From: Heterodontus francisci
Lineage: Eukaryota
Assembly: GCF_036365525.1 (NCBI RefSeq)
Contig: NC_090371.1
Coordinates: 95,698,211 to 95,762,210 of the forward strand
DNA: 64,000 bases
Reading direction: 5' to 3'
Notes under the pieces: model-generated
What the model was told of the DNA's origin: nothing
The model's input: the letters and a program-made list of their open reading frames with translations, nothing else
Database searches by the model: none
Program-made: the position numbers and the translations under genes
Part shown: positions 12,753 to 25,840 of the stretch, piece by piece
Position numbering within the stretch: position 1 is the first letter of the stretch
Layout: the number at the start of each line of letters is the position of its first letter

Positions 12753-13437
12753 TCGTGATAAACAGTGAAAGTCACTTCACATCTACGAGAATTAAAACAG
12801 TCTAGACATGTATAATTATTCTTACTCAATTTTTTTTAAATCTTTGATATAAATACAAAATGCAATAATAAACAACTGCTTCCACTCTCAACACTTCAAT
12901 TCCTCAAGAGTTAATAAGTAGAGTGGCATAAAACATGTGTTACATTGTAGTCATTATTATTCAACACAGTATTCCACCCCCAACCCTTACCATAGAATAA
13001 AAGTATCACTGTTCATATGCAGGAGGAAGGGAAAAGAGGTGCCTGGTCCAGCTGACTTTATAAAAAATAGTAAATTATGTTTAAAGACTGAGTACAATAA
13101 CATTTTAAAAATGCAAATCTTCTACAGCAAGCAGGGTTCCACTAAGAATACAAGTTCAAAACTCAAAGTAGTTCCCGTTACCACCTCCTTGTTACTGCCA
13201 AGTAAACGTAATATTGTCCCCAAGTAAATAAAGTCAACTCAGAAACACTAGCCTATAGCCTTTCATTGATTTTTAAAAATATATCAGAAATCAATGTGAA
13301 GGGCCAAGGTGCAAATTGCAGAAGACCACAAGTTGAAGAGAGTAAGAGAAAACAAGGTAAACTCAAGACACTGATCAGATAACATCAAGCTGATATTTTA
13401 AAAGTTCGAGAACTGCAACGAATGAAGGAATGAGTGA

Positions 13438-14630
13438 CAGAATCATAGAATGGTTACAGCACAGGAGGCCATTCGGCCCACCATGTCTGTGCAGGCTCTC
13501 AAGAGCAACTCACCTAGTCCCATTCTCCCGCCTTTTCTCTGTAGCCCTGCAAATTCTCGCTCTTCAGTTAATTGTCCAGTTCTCTTTTGAAGGTCTCAAT
13601 TGAATCGGTCTCTACCACACTCTCAGGCAGTGCATTCCAGATCCTAACCACCATTATAAAAAGGTTTTTCCTCATATCACCATTGCTTTTTTTGCCAATC
13701 ACCTTAAATCACTATCCACTGGTTCTGGATCCTTCCGCCAATGGAGTAGTTCCTCCCTATCTATTCTGTCCAGACCCCTCATGGTTTTGAACATCTCTAT
13801 CAAATCTTCGCAATCTTCTTTTCACCAAGGAGAACAGACCCAACTTCTCCAACCTATCCATGTAACTGAAGTTCCTCATCCCTGGAACCATTCTCATGAA
13901 TCTTTGCTGCACCCTTTCCAATGCCTACACATCCTTCCTAAAGTGTGGTGCCCAGAAATGGACACAATACTCCAGTTGAGGCTGAACCAATGTTTTATAC
14001 AGGATTATCATAACTTCCTTGTTCTTGTACTCTATGCCTCAACTTATAAAGCCTAGGATCCCATATGCTTTATTAACTGCTTTCTCAACCTGTCCTGCAC
14101 CCACTTTAGAACTGTACCTTTCAATTTACAATGCCTCTCTTCATTCTTCCTACCAAAATGAATGACTTCACACTTCTCTGCATTAAATATCATTTGCCAC
14201 TTGTCCGCCATTCCACCAGCCTGTCTATGCCCTCTTGAAGTTTATCACTATCCTCCTCACAGTTCACAATACTTCCAAGTTTGTGTCATCTGCAAATTTT
14301 GAAATTGTGCCCTGTATACCCAAGTCTAGGTCATTAATATACATCAAGCAAAGCAGGGGGTCCTAACACCGATTCCTGGGGAACTCCACTATACACCTTC
14401 CTCCAATCCAAAAAAACAACCATTTCACCAGTACTCTCTGTTTTCTGCCACTCAGCCAACTTTGCATTCATACTGCTACTGTCCCTTTTATTGAATGGGC
14501 TATACCTTTACTGACAAGCCTGTTAAGTGGCACTTTACCAAGTGCCTTTTGGAAGTCCATGTACACCACACCAATCACATTGCCCTCATCAACCCTCTCT
14601 GCTACCTCACCAAAAAACTCAAGTTAGTTA
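13438..14630 (-). mobile_element. CR1 LINE 3' part, internally deleted
   Basis: Reverse tail agaatcatagaa; reverse-complemented RT motifs (tgtcatctgcaaat = FADD; ggaagtccatgtacacc = VYMDF). Confidence 0.92.
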
Positions 14631-16261
14631 AAAAGTCAATTGTTCTACAGAATTGGGGTTCTGGGAAAAATTAGTTAGATTGTGCAATAAGTCTTGACTT
14701 CCACAGAGAATGTAGAGAGAAAGAAGTATGCACACAATCCTATACACACAAGGAAAGAAAGCTGAGTCTAGCAATTTCAAAGAGAAAAAACAAGTAAGCA
14801 AGTACAAGAGTAAGAATGAGAATGTAAAATATAGGAATACATAAGATTGGAAACTGCTGGTAGAAGAAGGATGCCCCTCAGCCAACACATTTTCTTGCAT
14901 CCTGACCAGGTCTATGATAGAAGAGTCTCTCTAGATCATATTCAAAGTCCTGGATGGAGTTGCACTTTCCAGAAAGCCAAGACCAGCTGAAAAGAAATAA
15001 TTTGGTCCAAAAAAAAGGAAACTGAGATTCATGGATGCAATCAAGATTACCTGGGTGTGAAGTAGGAATGAGAAAATGTTACATTCATTCCTTATCTCTC
15101 GTCATTTAGATCCATGCAGAGACCATTTTCATTTGAACTTTTTCCATCAACACTAACCAGATATTCCTAGACTCCTACTAACCAGCGACTTACCCATTTG
15201 TTTTTGTGATGAATCTGCACTTACTACGCAAGATAACAATCCAGTTCTTAATATAATTAATACTTAAAATAATAGCATACGGTATAAATTTTATGTTCAC
15301 ACAACATATGGATAAGAAAAGAAATTGGGCCCATCCTCATCCATTCTGAACAAACCTACAGCTCCAATAAAAACTTACCGTTGAGTAGAAAACCAGGAAT
15401 TTTTTTTTATCTGACCAATTAATAACCCAATTTACACAATGATCTTACATTCCAGTTGTTTCTACTTCAGCCAGATCTAAAAACATTCTAAAATAGTGTC
15501 TGAAAACTATAGATAGTAAAATTAGTTTACCATACTTGACCAACTCTAAGCAATCTAAACACTTATTTTCATAAAACCATGTTGACTTGGATTGACTGCT
15601 TTAACTGGCGAAATGTTGATGAATATAGCTCTTTTTTTAATTTCCAGGATTTGGTCAACTGCAAGTTTGGTCTTATGTGCCCTGTTAGTTGCGTCAGTAA
15701 TTGGCAACAGGCCTGAAGCTCTTGATTAATATATTCTTGTCCTGGCACCTACAGTTACAAGAAGCTGCCAAATATGTTTTGCACCTTTTTCGGCATTTGG
15801 GAGAAGGGCTAAGTTCAAAATAAATGCTATATCTGTAAAATCCATTTAACACCTTGCCATTTCACTGTGCATTTTGAACATAATGGCCCGAAGTTTCCTT
15901 TCCTAATAGCGGAGAATGCTGAGACGTTCACCGCCATCAAGGACTGCAATCGCACTGCCACTTCCAGCAATCAGACTTGTGGTCGAAACCCGCAAATTGC
16001 GGTGCGCCTCAATGGGCTCCAGAGGAGCGCACATTGATGGTCCTGCTGTTCCGACCCTTAAAGCAGCAGGGATCAGCACTGGGAGAATTTTAGCTATTTG
16101 CCCGCAACTTGCACAGATTTTAATGTGCAAGGAGTCAGGCCTGAGAATCACCGGTGCAGCAGGGCCTCAGAGCGTGGTTTTAAATGGGAGAGGGGGGTGT
16201 GGAGGAAGTCTTGAACCTCATATTTGGAGATCTGTTAACCTAAGCAAACTCCAACTAACTA

Positions 16262-16394
16262 CAATAAAAGCAAAATACTGCGGATGCTAGAAGTCTGAAA
16301 TAAAAACAGAAAGTGCTGGAAATACTCAGCAGGTCTGGCAGCATCTGTGGAGAGAGAAACAGAGTTAATGTTTCAGGTCTGTGACCTTTCATCA
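16262..16394 (-). mobile_element. Penelope-like terminal repeat fragment with truncated hammerhead core
   Basis: Reverse complement tgatgaaaggtcacagacctgaaacattaactctgtttctctc... matches 62768-62850. Confidence 0.85.
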
Positions 16395-17399
16395 TTGTGC
16401 GACATCTTAAAGGGGACAGCTAGCGAGTGGTTTAGCAGTACCTTCACACAATTGCTGCGTGTGCATGCAGCTTAGGGGGAACATTGATCTGCATGGAGCA
16501 TCAATGAACTGCTGTCCAAATTCAGAGACAGGTTGGAAGGACAAATGAAGTCCAGAAGCTATCTGAAGGATAGAGTACTGGAGGATGCACTGATGCAAGT
16601 ATTTCCGGCGGAATGAAGATCTGGGAGGTATGCAGAATTGATTGTAGGGCAGAAAGAAAAAACATTATAGTGAAGTTGGAGCTCATCACAAGCTCCAGAG
16701 GCAGTGGAGAAAGGTACTTTAGCCAGTAGCGTGAAGTTCCAGCCAGGAATTAGACTGCAGCTGAAACTGAAATACCAGCAGAATCAGTTGGCTAATCACA
16801 GGCTCAGTGGTTAACAGCAGTGGTGGGGGAAGGGCTATAAGCTGATCAAAGTAATTTCAAAATTTAAACAACTGGGCAAATCAGAGACACAGCAGTTGAG
16901 TCTTACAGTGTAGTAGCCCAGGAATTTGGAAGCCAAATTTGAGATAAGATCCACTGTTCCCAAACATGGCCAGGGGATGGGAGTTTAAACTAGCAGTCAA
17001 CTTGCAGTTAGGGCTAAAATGTACCAACTGTTAGAGCTAGGGACAGAGGAATGGGAGAGCATGGGCTAAGGACGGCAGCAGATGTTCAAGGATAGTTAGA
17101 GGTGCACAGTGAGGAGCTCCCTCAGGAACCATCTTGGGACCTGCCCATTTCCAGCAATTTGTGTTTTTGCTTTAAAACTGCAATAATTACCCATATGGTC
17201 TCTGTGTTTTAAATGACACTGATGGCATTCTCTAAACTGCTCCAGCAATTTTCCTACTATAAACTTTAAAATGATCATGCCCCAGTGCATATCTCATGCT
17301 ATTTTTAAATAAACTGGGATTACATGCAACACTTTCCAATTCTAGGCACAGGGCCTATGGAGCTCTTCAAAGTATTAACTAGAACAGCAGCTCATTCCT

Positions 17400-18285
17400 G
17401 ATCAATTTCTTTTTGATTTATATTAATGTCCTGCACTTGGGTGTACAGGGCATAACTTTAAAGTTTACAAATGACACAAAACTGAGATATGTATTGATCA
17501 GTAAGGAGGATAACAGACTACTGGAGGACATAGAAATAGGCACACACGTCAAATGAAATTTTATGCAAAGTGTAAAGTGATTAATTTTGATAGAAAATGA
17601 GGAAGCAATATAAACTCAATGATGCAATTTTAAAGAGGTTGCAGGAACAGACACCCGAGGGTACACATACACAAATCTGGTGTGCAGGACAAGTTGTGAA
17701 GGCTGTTAAAAAGGAATAAGGGATCCTTGGCTTTCTAAATAGTGGCAGAGAGTGCAAAAGCAAGGAAGTTATGCTAAACTTTTATATAAACAATGGTTAC
17801 AATACTCCTAGCTGGAGCATTCTATCCAATTTGAAACAATACATTAAGGCCTTAAGAGAAGGTGCAGAGCAGATTTACTACAATGATACCAGGAATTGAT
17901 GAACTGATACATGCAAAGAAACTGGAGTGGTGTTCTCTTTGAAGCAGAGAGCTTATGGGGAGATTTGAAAGAGGCGTTTAATATCATGAAGAGTTTTGGT
18001 AAAGAAAATAAGGAGGAACTGTTGAAGGGCTGGTAATCAGAGCACATGGATTTAAGGTTATTGGCAAAAGAACCAGAGGTGACATGAAGAATTTATTTTT
18101 CTTTAAAACGCAGCAAGTTTTGAAGCAGATTGAAAATTAATTTTTAAAGGGAAATTTGATTAAAACTTGAAAGGAAGAAAACTGAAGGGCTATGGGGATG
18201 AAGCAGGGGTGTTGGATATAGAGAGCTGGCACAGGCATGCTACGCTGAATGACATCCTTCGATACTGTATCATTCTATGACTCTA
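17400..18285 (+). mobile_element. Old CR1 3' half
   Basis: Degenerate RT C-terminus; tail attctatgactcta. Confidence 0.85.
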
Positions 18286-18509
18286 AGTTACATATATTCG
18301 ATTCAGGTGTGATGGATATTCAGTGCTCAATTTCTTTATTAACATATTTAAATGATTTCTACACAGGCGATAGATTGCAGATCCATTTTCACTAGACTAA
18401 TCATCTTTAGTAGACTCATGTAATACTAATTCAAATGCAACAACTGTCTCAGTACTCTGAGTCACGTTAAGTAGATATGAAATTATACTTTCACCCATCC
18501 CTCACAATT

Positions 18510-19246
18510 GGCCCAGATTTTGCAGTAAAAATAACAATGAGGAGAGCAGCTCCTACTGTAAGAAAGGCTAAATCGGACACCAATTTCCAGCATCTACATA
18601 TGTACAGTTAAATATGAAAATCAGTAAGTTTCTCTCCAATTTGCCCTGCTCCTCCACAAGCTTGGTTATACCAGCATCTCGCCAAAAGATGCAGCGTTGA
18701 AATAAAGGGGAAGGGGCTTTGTTGCAATATTTACCCACAAAATATGTGCCAGAAAAAGATTGGGTTCATCCATTCAAGTGTAAGTGAATTTTTAAAGAAC
18801 GATACACCTCAATTTCAACCAAACAACCTCTCTGGCACAGAAAATTTACTTTTGCAAGTGTCATTCCTTCAGATTTTAATTATTGATGGAGATTTTTAGA
18901 AACTTAAAATACTTTTACTTTGTTATGTCTCTCTCTCAACCCCATCTTTCTTTTTCTCTTTATTTTGCTTTCTGTATACTATTTTACTCTGAATTAATGA
19001 TTCTAATTTACACTTCCTGGTTCAGACTCAGTGCATCAATAAGGGTTCAATCTTATTGGTTGAAGAGACATGCTGTTGTTTGCCCTGTTCTCATATGCCT
19101 CAGAACCCTTATAGAGGGCATCTCTTTATATTGAAATCCTGAGGACTAAGTTGCTGTGCAAAAACCGACGAATATTCTGTGGGCATCTATAAGTGTAATG
19201 AACGACAAGCGGCGTTTGCTTGCCACTGATCATAATAACGGGGCCA
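18510..19246. mobile_element. Probable old non-autonomous DNA transposon (MITE-like); related start at ~15885
   Basis: Begins tggcccagatttt and ends ...cggggcca (short TIR); 15885 begins tggcccgaagttt. No clean TSD. Confidence 0.4.
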
Positions 19247-19885
19247 ATATGTAACAGAAGTAGATTTCTTTAATATTTGTTTATTATATTCAAGTTATCC
19301 TTCATATCAGGGGAGGAAATACTTTTACTTGAAAAAAAATGCAATCTTCTGCAAATCAATTCCTTTTTCGTTCCCAAAACCAACTATCAAAAAACTGCTG
19401 ATTTAGTATCTTATACAAACCTCAAATTTTTACTTTGTGATTGAAATATTTACAAATACATGGAACGCACAAGAAAACATTACATTTTGATCATCTACTT
19501 TAAAAGTAACAACACTGATATGAACATTGAGCTTCTGATTAGCTCACAACATACTAATTGTTGCTCACAGCAGCTTTGAACATGTCACAACTTGTAGCCT
19601 AAATTAAAGAAAAGTTAAAACACAGTGGCGTCTACTTTTCATTATGTGTATTTTAAGAGATTCAGATGTTGCAATGCAATTTCGCCAAAGCATTAAATGC
19701 ACAGCATACGGATTACAATGCTTTTTGTTATCTGGTCTACCTTTTATTGCAGACAACTACCAGCTTTATCCATCATCTTGAATATGGATCTTGGTCATTC
19801 TTTTTTACTCAGTAAATGGGTCACTATACCCTGCTCCTGCAAACTGCCAATTAAACCTCTCCGCAGCCCTAATCAATAACACACA

Positions 19886-21414
19886 TTTGTAATAATAAAA
19901 ATACTCAGTTTTTGCCTGTCCGGACTGTTTGGTTTGGTCAGTTTAAAGGGCACATCTGTTGGTGAGCAGTGCCTGGCGCAAGTGGAGGCATATGGGGCAC
20001 ACGGAGGACTGGAGCACATGATACACATGCAGCTGCCAACAGTCAGTGGCAGCAGAGTTGGTGGAGAACAAAAACAGCAGAAGATAAGGGGAGCCCAACA
20101 AAAAAATTACCCTGACTGGAGAGATTGTTCCCGTGAGGGATGGGATGTCATTGATGGGAGGAATGGGGATGCCAAGAGCAGGACGTGGATGGCACGGGAG
20201 GGATGGAAAAAATGGGATGGGAATGAAATGGGATGGACTTGATGTCGTAGTGGTAATGTTATTGGACTAATAACCCAGAGGCCCAGGCTAATGCCCTGTG
20301 GACAGGGGTTCAAATCCCACCATGGCAGCTGGTGGAATTTAAATCCAATTAATTAAAAAATTAAAAAATTTAATTAATTAATAAAAAATCTGGAATTGAA
20401 AGCTAGTCACAGTAATGGTGCCAGGAAACTATCAACTGTCATAAAAAACCATCTGGTTCATGAATGTCCTTTAGGGAAGAAAATCTGCTGTCCTTACCTA
20501 GTCTGGCCTACATGTGACTCCAGGGCCACAGCAATGTGGTTGACTCTTAGTTGCCTTCTGAAATGGCCCAGCAAGCCAGTTGTCAAGGGCAGTTAGGGAT
20601 GGGCAACAAATGCTGGCCTTGCCAGCAATGCCCACATCCCATGAAATAATTTTAAAAATTGGGGATGGCATGGGACGGTGGGTGAGATGATGGAATTGGT
20701 TAAATGTGGCAAAATGGCAGGGACAATTATTTGATATAATTTATTACTTGAACACTATTTTTTGTGCTAAAAATGAAGATTCACTAGATTTGAATGAAAA
20801 TTTTTAGAAATGCTATCAAGTGAATTAAAAGAATACATCAGCATTGATTCCACAACATGGTGATAACAGTCGACACCCTCTACAGCTTCTACACAGTATA
20901 ACACCAATGGGCACGCCACCACACAAACTTAAGACTCAAGGATGGAGCAATTATAATGTTGCTACGAAACTTCAATCCTAAACAAGGATTTTGTCATGGA
21001 ACAAGATTGGGAGTTAGGATGCAGTTTTCTTCAATGATAGATGCTAAAATTATAACAGGCAAATTTCAAGGAAATAGAGTGCTTAATCATCAAATAATAT
21101 TGAGCCCATCAGATGTAATTTCAACTCAGGAGAAAACAGTTCCCAATTAAACTTTCATATAATACGACCATATTATATGGTCATATTCTATGACCATAAA
21201 CAATCACAAGGCCAGACTCTTGATTAAACTTGTATTTATATTCCTAGGCCTGTTTTCACACATGGAAAGCTTTTATGTAGCTTTTTGCAGAGTGAGAAGT
21301 TTTGATTTTGTTAAAGTCTTTGGTGAAAAAATAACTAGAAATCCTGTATTTAAAGAAGTAGTGTTGCAATAAAGGTTTTAATTTGATCACAAATGTAATT
21401 CAGGTCTCGTCTAG
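19886..21414 (+). mobile_element. Helitron deletion derivative retaining the PIF1-type helicase C-terminus
   Basis: Frameshifted motifs PPHKL, GAIIMLLRNFNPKQGFCHGTRL, QFPIKL, MTIN, YVAFCRV, TRNPVFKEV at 20760-21372. 3' end CTAG|T at 21411-21415. 5' end A|TTTGTAATAATAAAAATACT resembles a Helitron TC start (mutated); the 5' boundary is less certain. Confidence 0.85.
20243..20655 (+). mobile_element. SINE-B (tRNA head, LINE-B tail) nested in the Helitron
   Basis: A box gtcgtagtgg, B box ggttcaaatcc; tail aagggcagttagggatgggcaacaaatgctggcc...cccacatccc matches the LINE-B end. Confidence 0.92.
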
Positions 21415-21465
21415 TTATGGAATATTACGTAAATTAGCATGCATTTCTTAATGCCAGCTAACACT

Positions 21466-23690
21466 GACCTTTACTATAGTCATGGAGAGGGACAGGAGCA
21501 GATGGGATAGGAAAATATTTAATTGGGGGAGGGGGGAATTAAAATGCTATTAGGCAGGAACTGGGGAGCATAAATTGGGAACAGATGTTCTCAGGGAAAT
21601 GCACGACAGAAATGTGGAGGTTGTTTAGGGAGCACTTGCTGCGACTGCTGGATAGGTTTGTCCCGATGAGGCAGGGAAGGGATGGTAGGGTGAAGGAACC
21701 TTGGATGACAAGAGATGTGGAACAGCTAGTCAAGAGAAAGAAGGAAGCTTACTTAAGGGTGAGGAAGCAAGGATCAGACAGGGCTCTAGAGGGTTACAAG
21801 GTAGCCAGGAAGGAACTGAAGAATGCACTTAGGAGAGCTAGAAGGGGACATGAAAAAGTCTTGGCGGGTAGGATTAAGGAAAATCCCAAGGCGTTCTACA
21901 CTTATGTGAGGAACAAGAAGATGGCCAGAGTGAGGGTAGGGCCGATCAGGGATAGTGGAGGGAACTTGTGCCTGGACTCGGAGGAGGTAGGGGAGGTCCT
22001 AAATGAATACTATGCTTCAGTATTCACTAGTGAGAGGGACCTAGTCGTTTGTGAGGACAGCGTGGAACAGGCTGATATGCTCGAGCAGGTCGAGGTTAAG
22101 AAGAAGGATGTACTGGAAATTTTGAATGATATGAGGACAGATAAGTCCCCGGGGCCAGACGGGATATACCCAAGGATATTACGGGAAGCGAGGGAAGAGA
22201 TTGCTGCGCCTTTGGCGATGATCTTTGCGTCTTCACTGTCCACTGGAGTAGTACCAGATGATTGGAGGGTGGCAAATGTTGTTCCCTTGTTCAAGAAAGG
22301 GAATAGGGATAACCCTGGGAATTATAGACCAGTCAGTCTTACGTCGGTAGTGGGCAAATTATTGGAGAGGATTCTGAGAGACAGGATTTATGATTATTTG
22401 GAAAAGCATGGTTTGATTAGAGACAGTCAGCATGGCTTTGTGAGGGGCAGGTCATGCCTCACAAGCCTTATTGAATTCTTTGAAGATGTGACAAAACACA
22501 TTGATGAAGGAAGAGCAGTGGATGTGGTGTATATGGATTTTAGCAAGGCGTTTGATAAGGTTCCCCATGGTAGACTCATTCAGAAAGTAAGGAGGCATGG
22601 GATTCAGGGAAAGTTGGCTCTCTGGATACAAAATTGGCTGGCCCATAGAAGTCAGAGGGTGGTAGTAGATGGAAAGTATTCAGCATGGAGCTCTGTGACC
22701 AGCGGTGTTCCACAAGGATCTGTTCTGGGACCTCTGCTCTTTGTGATTTTTATAAATGACTTGGATGAGGAAGTGGAAGGCTGGGTTAGCAAGTTTGCCG
22801 ATGACACGAAGGTTGCTGGAGTTGTGGATAGTGTGTAAGGCTGTTGTAGGTTGCAATGGGACATTGACAGGATGCAGAGCTGGGCTGAGAAGTGGCAGAT
22901 GGAGTTCAACCTGGAAAAGTGTGAAGTGATTCATTTTGGAAGGTCAAATTTGAATGCAGAATACAGGCTTAAAGACAGGATTCTTGGTAGTGTGGAGGAA
23001 CAGAGGGATCTTGGGGTCCATGTCCATAGATCGCTCAAAGTTACCACCCAAGTTGATAGGGTTGTTAAGAAGGCGTATGGTGTGTTGGCTTTCATTAACA
23101 GGAGGATTGAGTTTAAGAGCTGCAAGGTTATGCTGCAGCTCTATAAGGCCCTGGTTCGACCACACTTGGAATATTGTGTTCAGTTCTGGTCGCCTCATTA
23201 TAGGAAGGATGTGGAAGCTTTACAGAGGGTGCAGAGGAGATTTACCAGGATGCTGCCTGGACTGGAGGGCATATCCTACGAAGAAAGATTGAGGGAGGTA
23301 GGGCTTTTCTCATTGGAGTGAAGAAGGATGAGAGGTGACTTGATAGAGGGGTACAAGATGATGAGAGGCATAGATAGAGTGGATAGCCAGAGACTTTTTC
23401 CCAGGGTGGAAAAGGCTATCACCAGGGGGCATAATTTTAAGGTGATTGGAGGAAGGTTTCGGGGAGATGTCAGAAGTAGGTTCTTTACACAGAGAGTGGT
23501 GGGTGCGTGGAATGCGCTGCCAGCGGTTGTAGTAGAAGCAGATACATTAGGGGCATTTAAGCGACTCTTGGATAGGTACATGGATGATAGTAGAATGAAG
23601 GGTAGGTAGTTAGTTTGATTTTAGGAGTAGGTTAAAGGTTCGGCACAACATCGTGGGCCGAAGGGCCTGTACTGTGCTGTTCTATGTTCT
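21466..23690 (+). mobile_element. Young 5'-truncated CR1 (HER1-like); RT region in one frame with two nonsense codons
   Basis: ORFs 21585-22838, 22851-23321 and 23328-23609 share a frame. Full RT motifs ([32 protein letters not shown]), CpGs retained, tail ttctatgttcta. Confidence 0.97.
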
Positions 23691-24385
23691 ATAGTTTCTG
23701 CTCCTCAGGTATTGTCCCCACTCCTTTCAAAACCAGTCATCACCCACCCCCTCAAAATACCCACCCTTGACCCATCTATTTGTGATATCTTGCACCATCT
23801 CCAAACTAATTTTTCTCTCCAAAGTCCTTGAAAACATTGTCATCTTCCAGATCCATGCCCTTCTACTCCACATTTCCATATGTGAGTATCTCCATATTTC
23901 TGTCACTGCTACAGCACTGAAACAGCCCTAAACAAAGTCACAAGTGACATCTTGTGTGATTGCGACCACAGTGCATTCTCTCTCCTCATCCTTCCTGCAG
24001 CCTCTGAAATGATCAACCACATAATCCACCAATGCCTAGTTCTGCGGTATTGCCCTCGTTTGATTCTACTCTTATGTATCCAAGTAATCTATCTTAGCTT
24101 ACATAGCCAGAGCATCTCCAGCAATGACTTCTCTTTGCACTACTGAACCATTACCTCCAGAGTACCCAAGTCAATTATCCTTACCTACCTCCACTTCCTC
24201 GATGCCGCTTGGCGATATCAACAGACATGGGGGTCAAACTCCACATGCATATTGATGACAGCAAGCATCTGCAACACCTCTTTCAACACTCCACTGCCTC
24301 TGTTTCATCAGATTGTTTGTCCAAAATCCAGTATTGGATGAGCTGAAATTCCATCCAGTTAGTTAAATATTGGAAAAACAAATAC
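23691..24385 (+). mobile_element. Old L2 LINE RT fragment (split by the CR1; a few bases remain at ~21445-21465)
   Basis: Translates to STETALNKVTSDILCDCDHSAFSLLIL, resembling the L2 HSTETAL..V.ND motif. Confidence 0.85.
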
Positions 24386-24859
24386 ATACATTTTTGCACG
24401 TAATGATCTGTGCCATAAAATGACAATTAAAGCACAGTAATGATTGGTTTTTCTTTTTCATTATTTTGGCAAAGAAACTTAAAAGAAAATTAATATCCAT
24501 CCAGAAACAATTATGCTGGCGCCCAGAGGTACTTGAAATTGTATAGCTTATTGCCGTGGTTTCATTAACACGTTAACATGCTTAGATTCCAGGTGAAGTT
24601 ATTTAAAATGTGCTAATATAAAGTTTCATTTGTGCCAGTAAGACTGGATAATGGCTCAAATGGTATCAGATTGGAAGCATTTACATGCTTAGCCTTTTTT
24701 ATTGAGGTTTTCAGGAGTTTATTTCTCCAATCTGCTGCCAATCCTTACCTTAGAGAAGGATCATTTATTTCACTCCATATTTAGTGATCAATATCTTCTG
24801 CTCCACAATAACTGCAAAACTATTATATATTGTAAGAATTCCAAAACCATTTTCTCATC

Positions 24860-25393
24860 TTTACCTGAATCAGATCATCATACTGGACAAATTGACAGGA
24901 ATTCAACTCTAGTGATGTCTAAATCATGCAAGGGGATGCAGCACAAATTCAACAGAATGATAAGGGTTAAAGAGTTGATATGAGAACAGTTTGTAAATGT
25001 GGCATATATTCTCAAGTTTAGCAGGTTGAGGGGTGATCCAATTGAGATTAAAATAATAAAGGGACTTGATACAGTACAGAAACTATTTCCTCTTGTGGGG
25101 AATTGAGAACACAAGGACGCAATCTTAAAATTAAAGGTAGGCCACTTAAGAGTGAAATCAGGAAGCACTTTTTTGTAGATAGGGTAGTGGAAATCTGGAA
25201 TCTCTTTCCCAAAAAGCTACAGATGCTGGGTCAATTGAAATTTTCAAGATTGAGATTGATTGCTTTTTTTTTTAGGTAAGCGTATCAAGGGATATAGAGC
25301 AAAGGTTGGTAATGGAATCAAGGTACAGACAAGCCACAATCTAATTGAATGGCAGAACAGGCACAAGAGAACAGGCTGACTCCTGTTCCTATG
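24860..25393 (+). mobile_element. Old CR1 3' fragment
   Basis: Degenerate RLRGD..E, VVEIWNSL; tail tcctgttcctatg. Confidence 0.85.
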
Positions 25394-25716
25394 CCAGGTT
25401 TATCACAGTTTCAGAATAGTTGATAATCAACTGCTGTGCTACTTTTAAGTGAGCCTGGGCTGATTAAGTGTCCTTGTCTGCGAACTGACAATTCATGCAA
25501 AATTTACATTTCTTGTGCAGTAGCCTGATTCAGCCGCTTAGAATCCAATCGTTATCTTTATTCAACCTTGCAATAATTTTAAAGCTCACAGTTTTATATC
25601 TGCCTTTCTAAAATGACATTGCAGTCAAAAGATATCACTTCAAATTCCCATGCAAACAAAAAGTGAGATTCATCTAATTATCAGTCATCTTCCCGTGAAT
25701 TGTATATGGTGGTTAC

Positions 25717-25840
25717 CTTATTTTGTAACTCATATGGACTGAGGTCCCAGAAGTGCTGCATTTGGGACTGTCTGCTTTGTTATTTAATAATCGTTCACTC
25801 TGCCCAGGAACAACCATCAGCTCCTTGCCTAACTTAGTAG
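25717..25840 (-). CDS. Candidate internal coding exon (124 nt, phase 1->2): (A)TKLGKELMVVPGQSERLLNNKADSPKCSTSGTSVHMSYKI
   Basis: Acceptor tttattgttgcag, donor aag|gtaacc, open frame in unique DNA. Confidence 0.4.

Noticed and set aside
14840-15060. Minus-strand exon candidate GLGFLEKCNSIQDFEYDLERLF
   Set aside because: Weak donor, and it lies in what looks like an eroded repeat.
16400-17160. CR1 5'UTR/ORF1-like region including tttaaactag at 16984
   Set aside because: Too degenerate to set boundaries or frame; not used as frameshift evidence.
21585-22838. 417-aa ORF as a host or domesticated RT gene
   Set aside because: Ordinary 5'-truncated CR1 ORF2 ending at a nonsense mutation.
21474-23695. 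CTATAGT as TSD of the young CR1
   Set aside because: The left copy appears to be CR1-internal and the right copy is CR1 tail plus L2 flank; probably coincidental.
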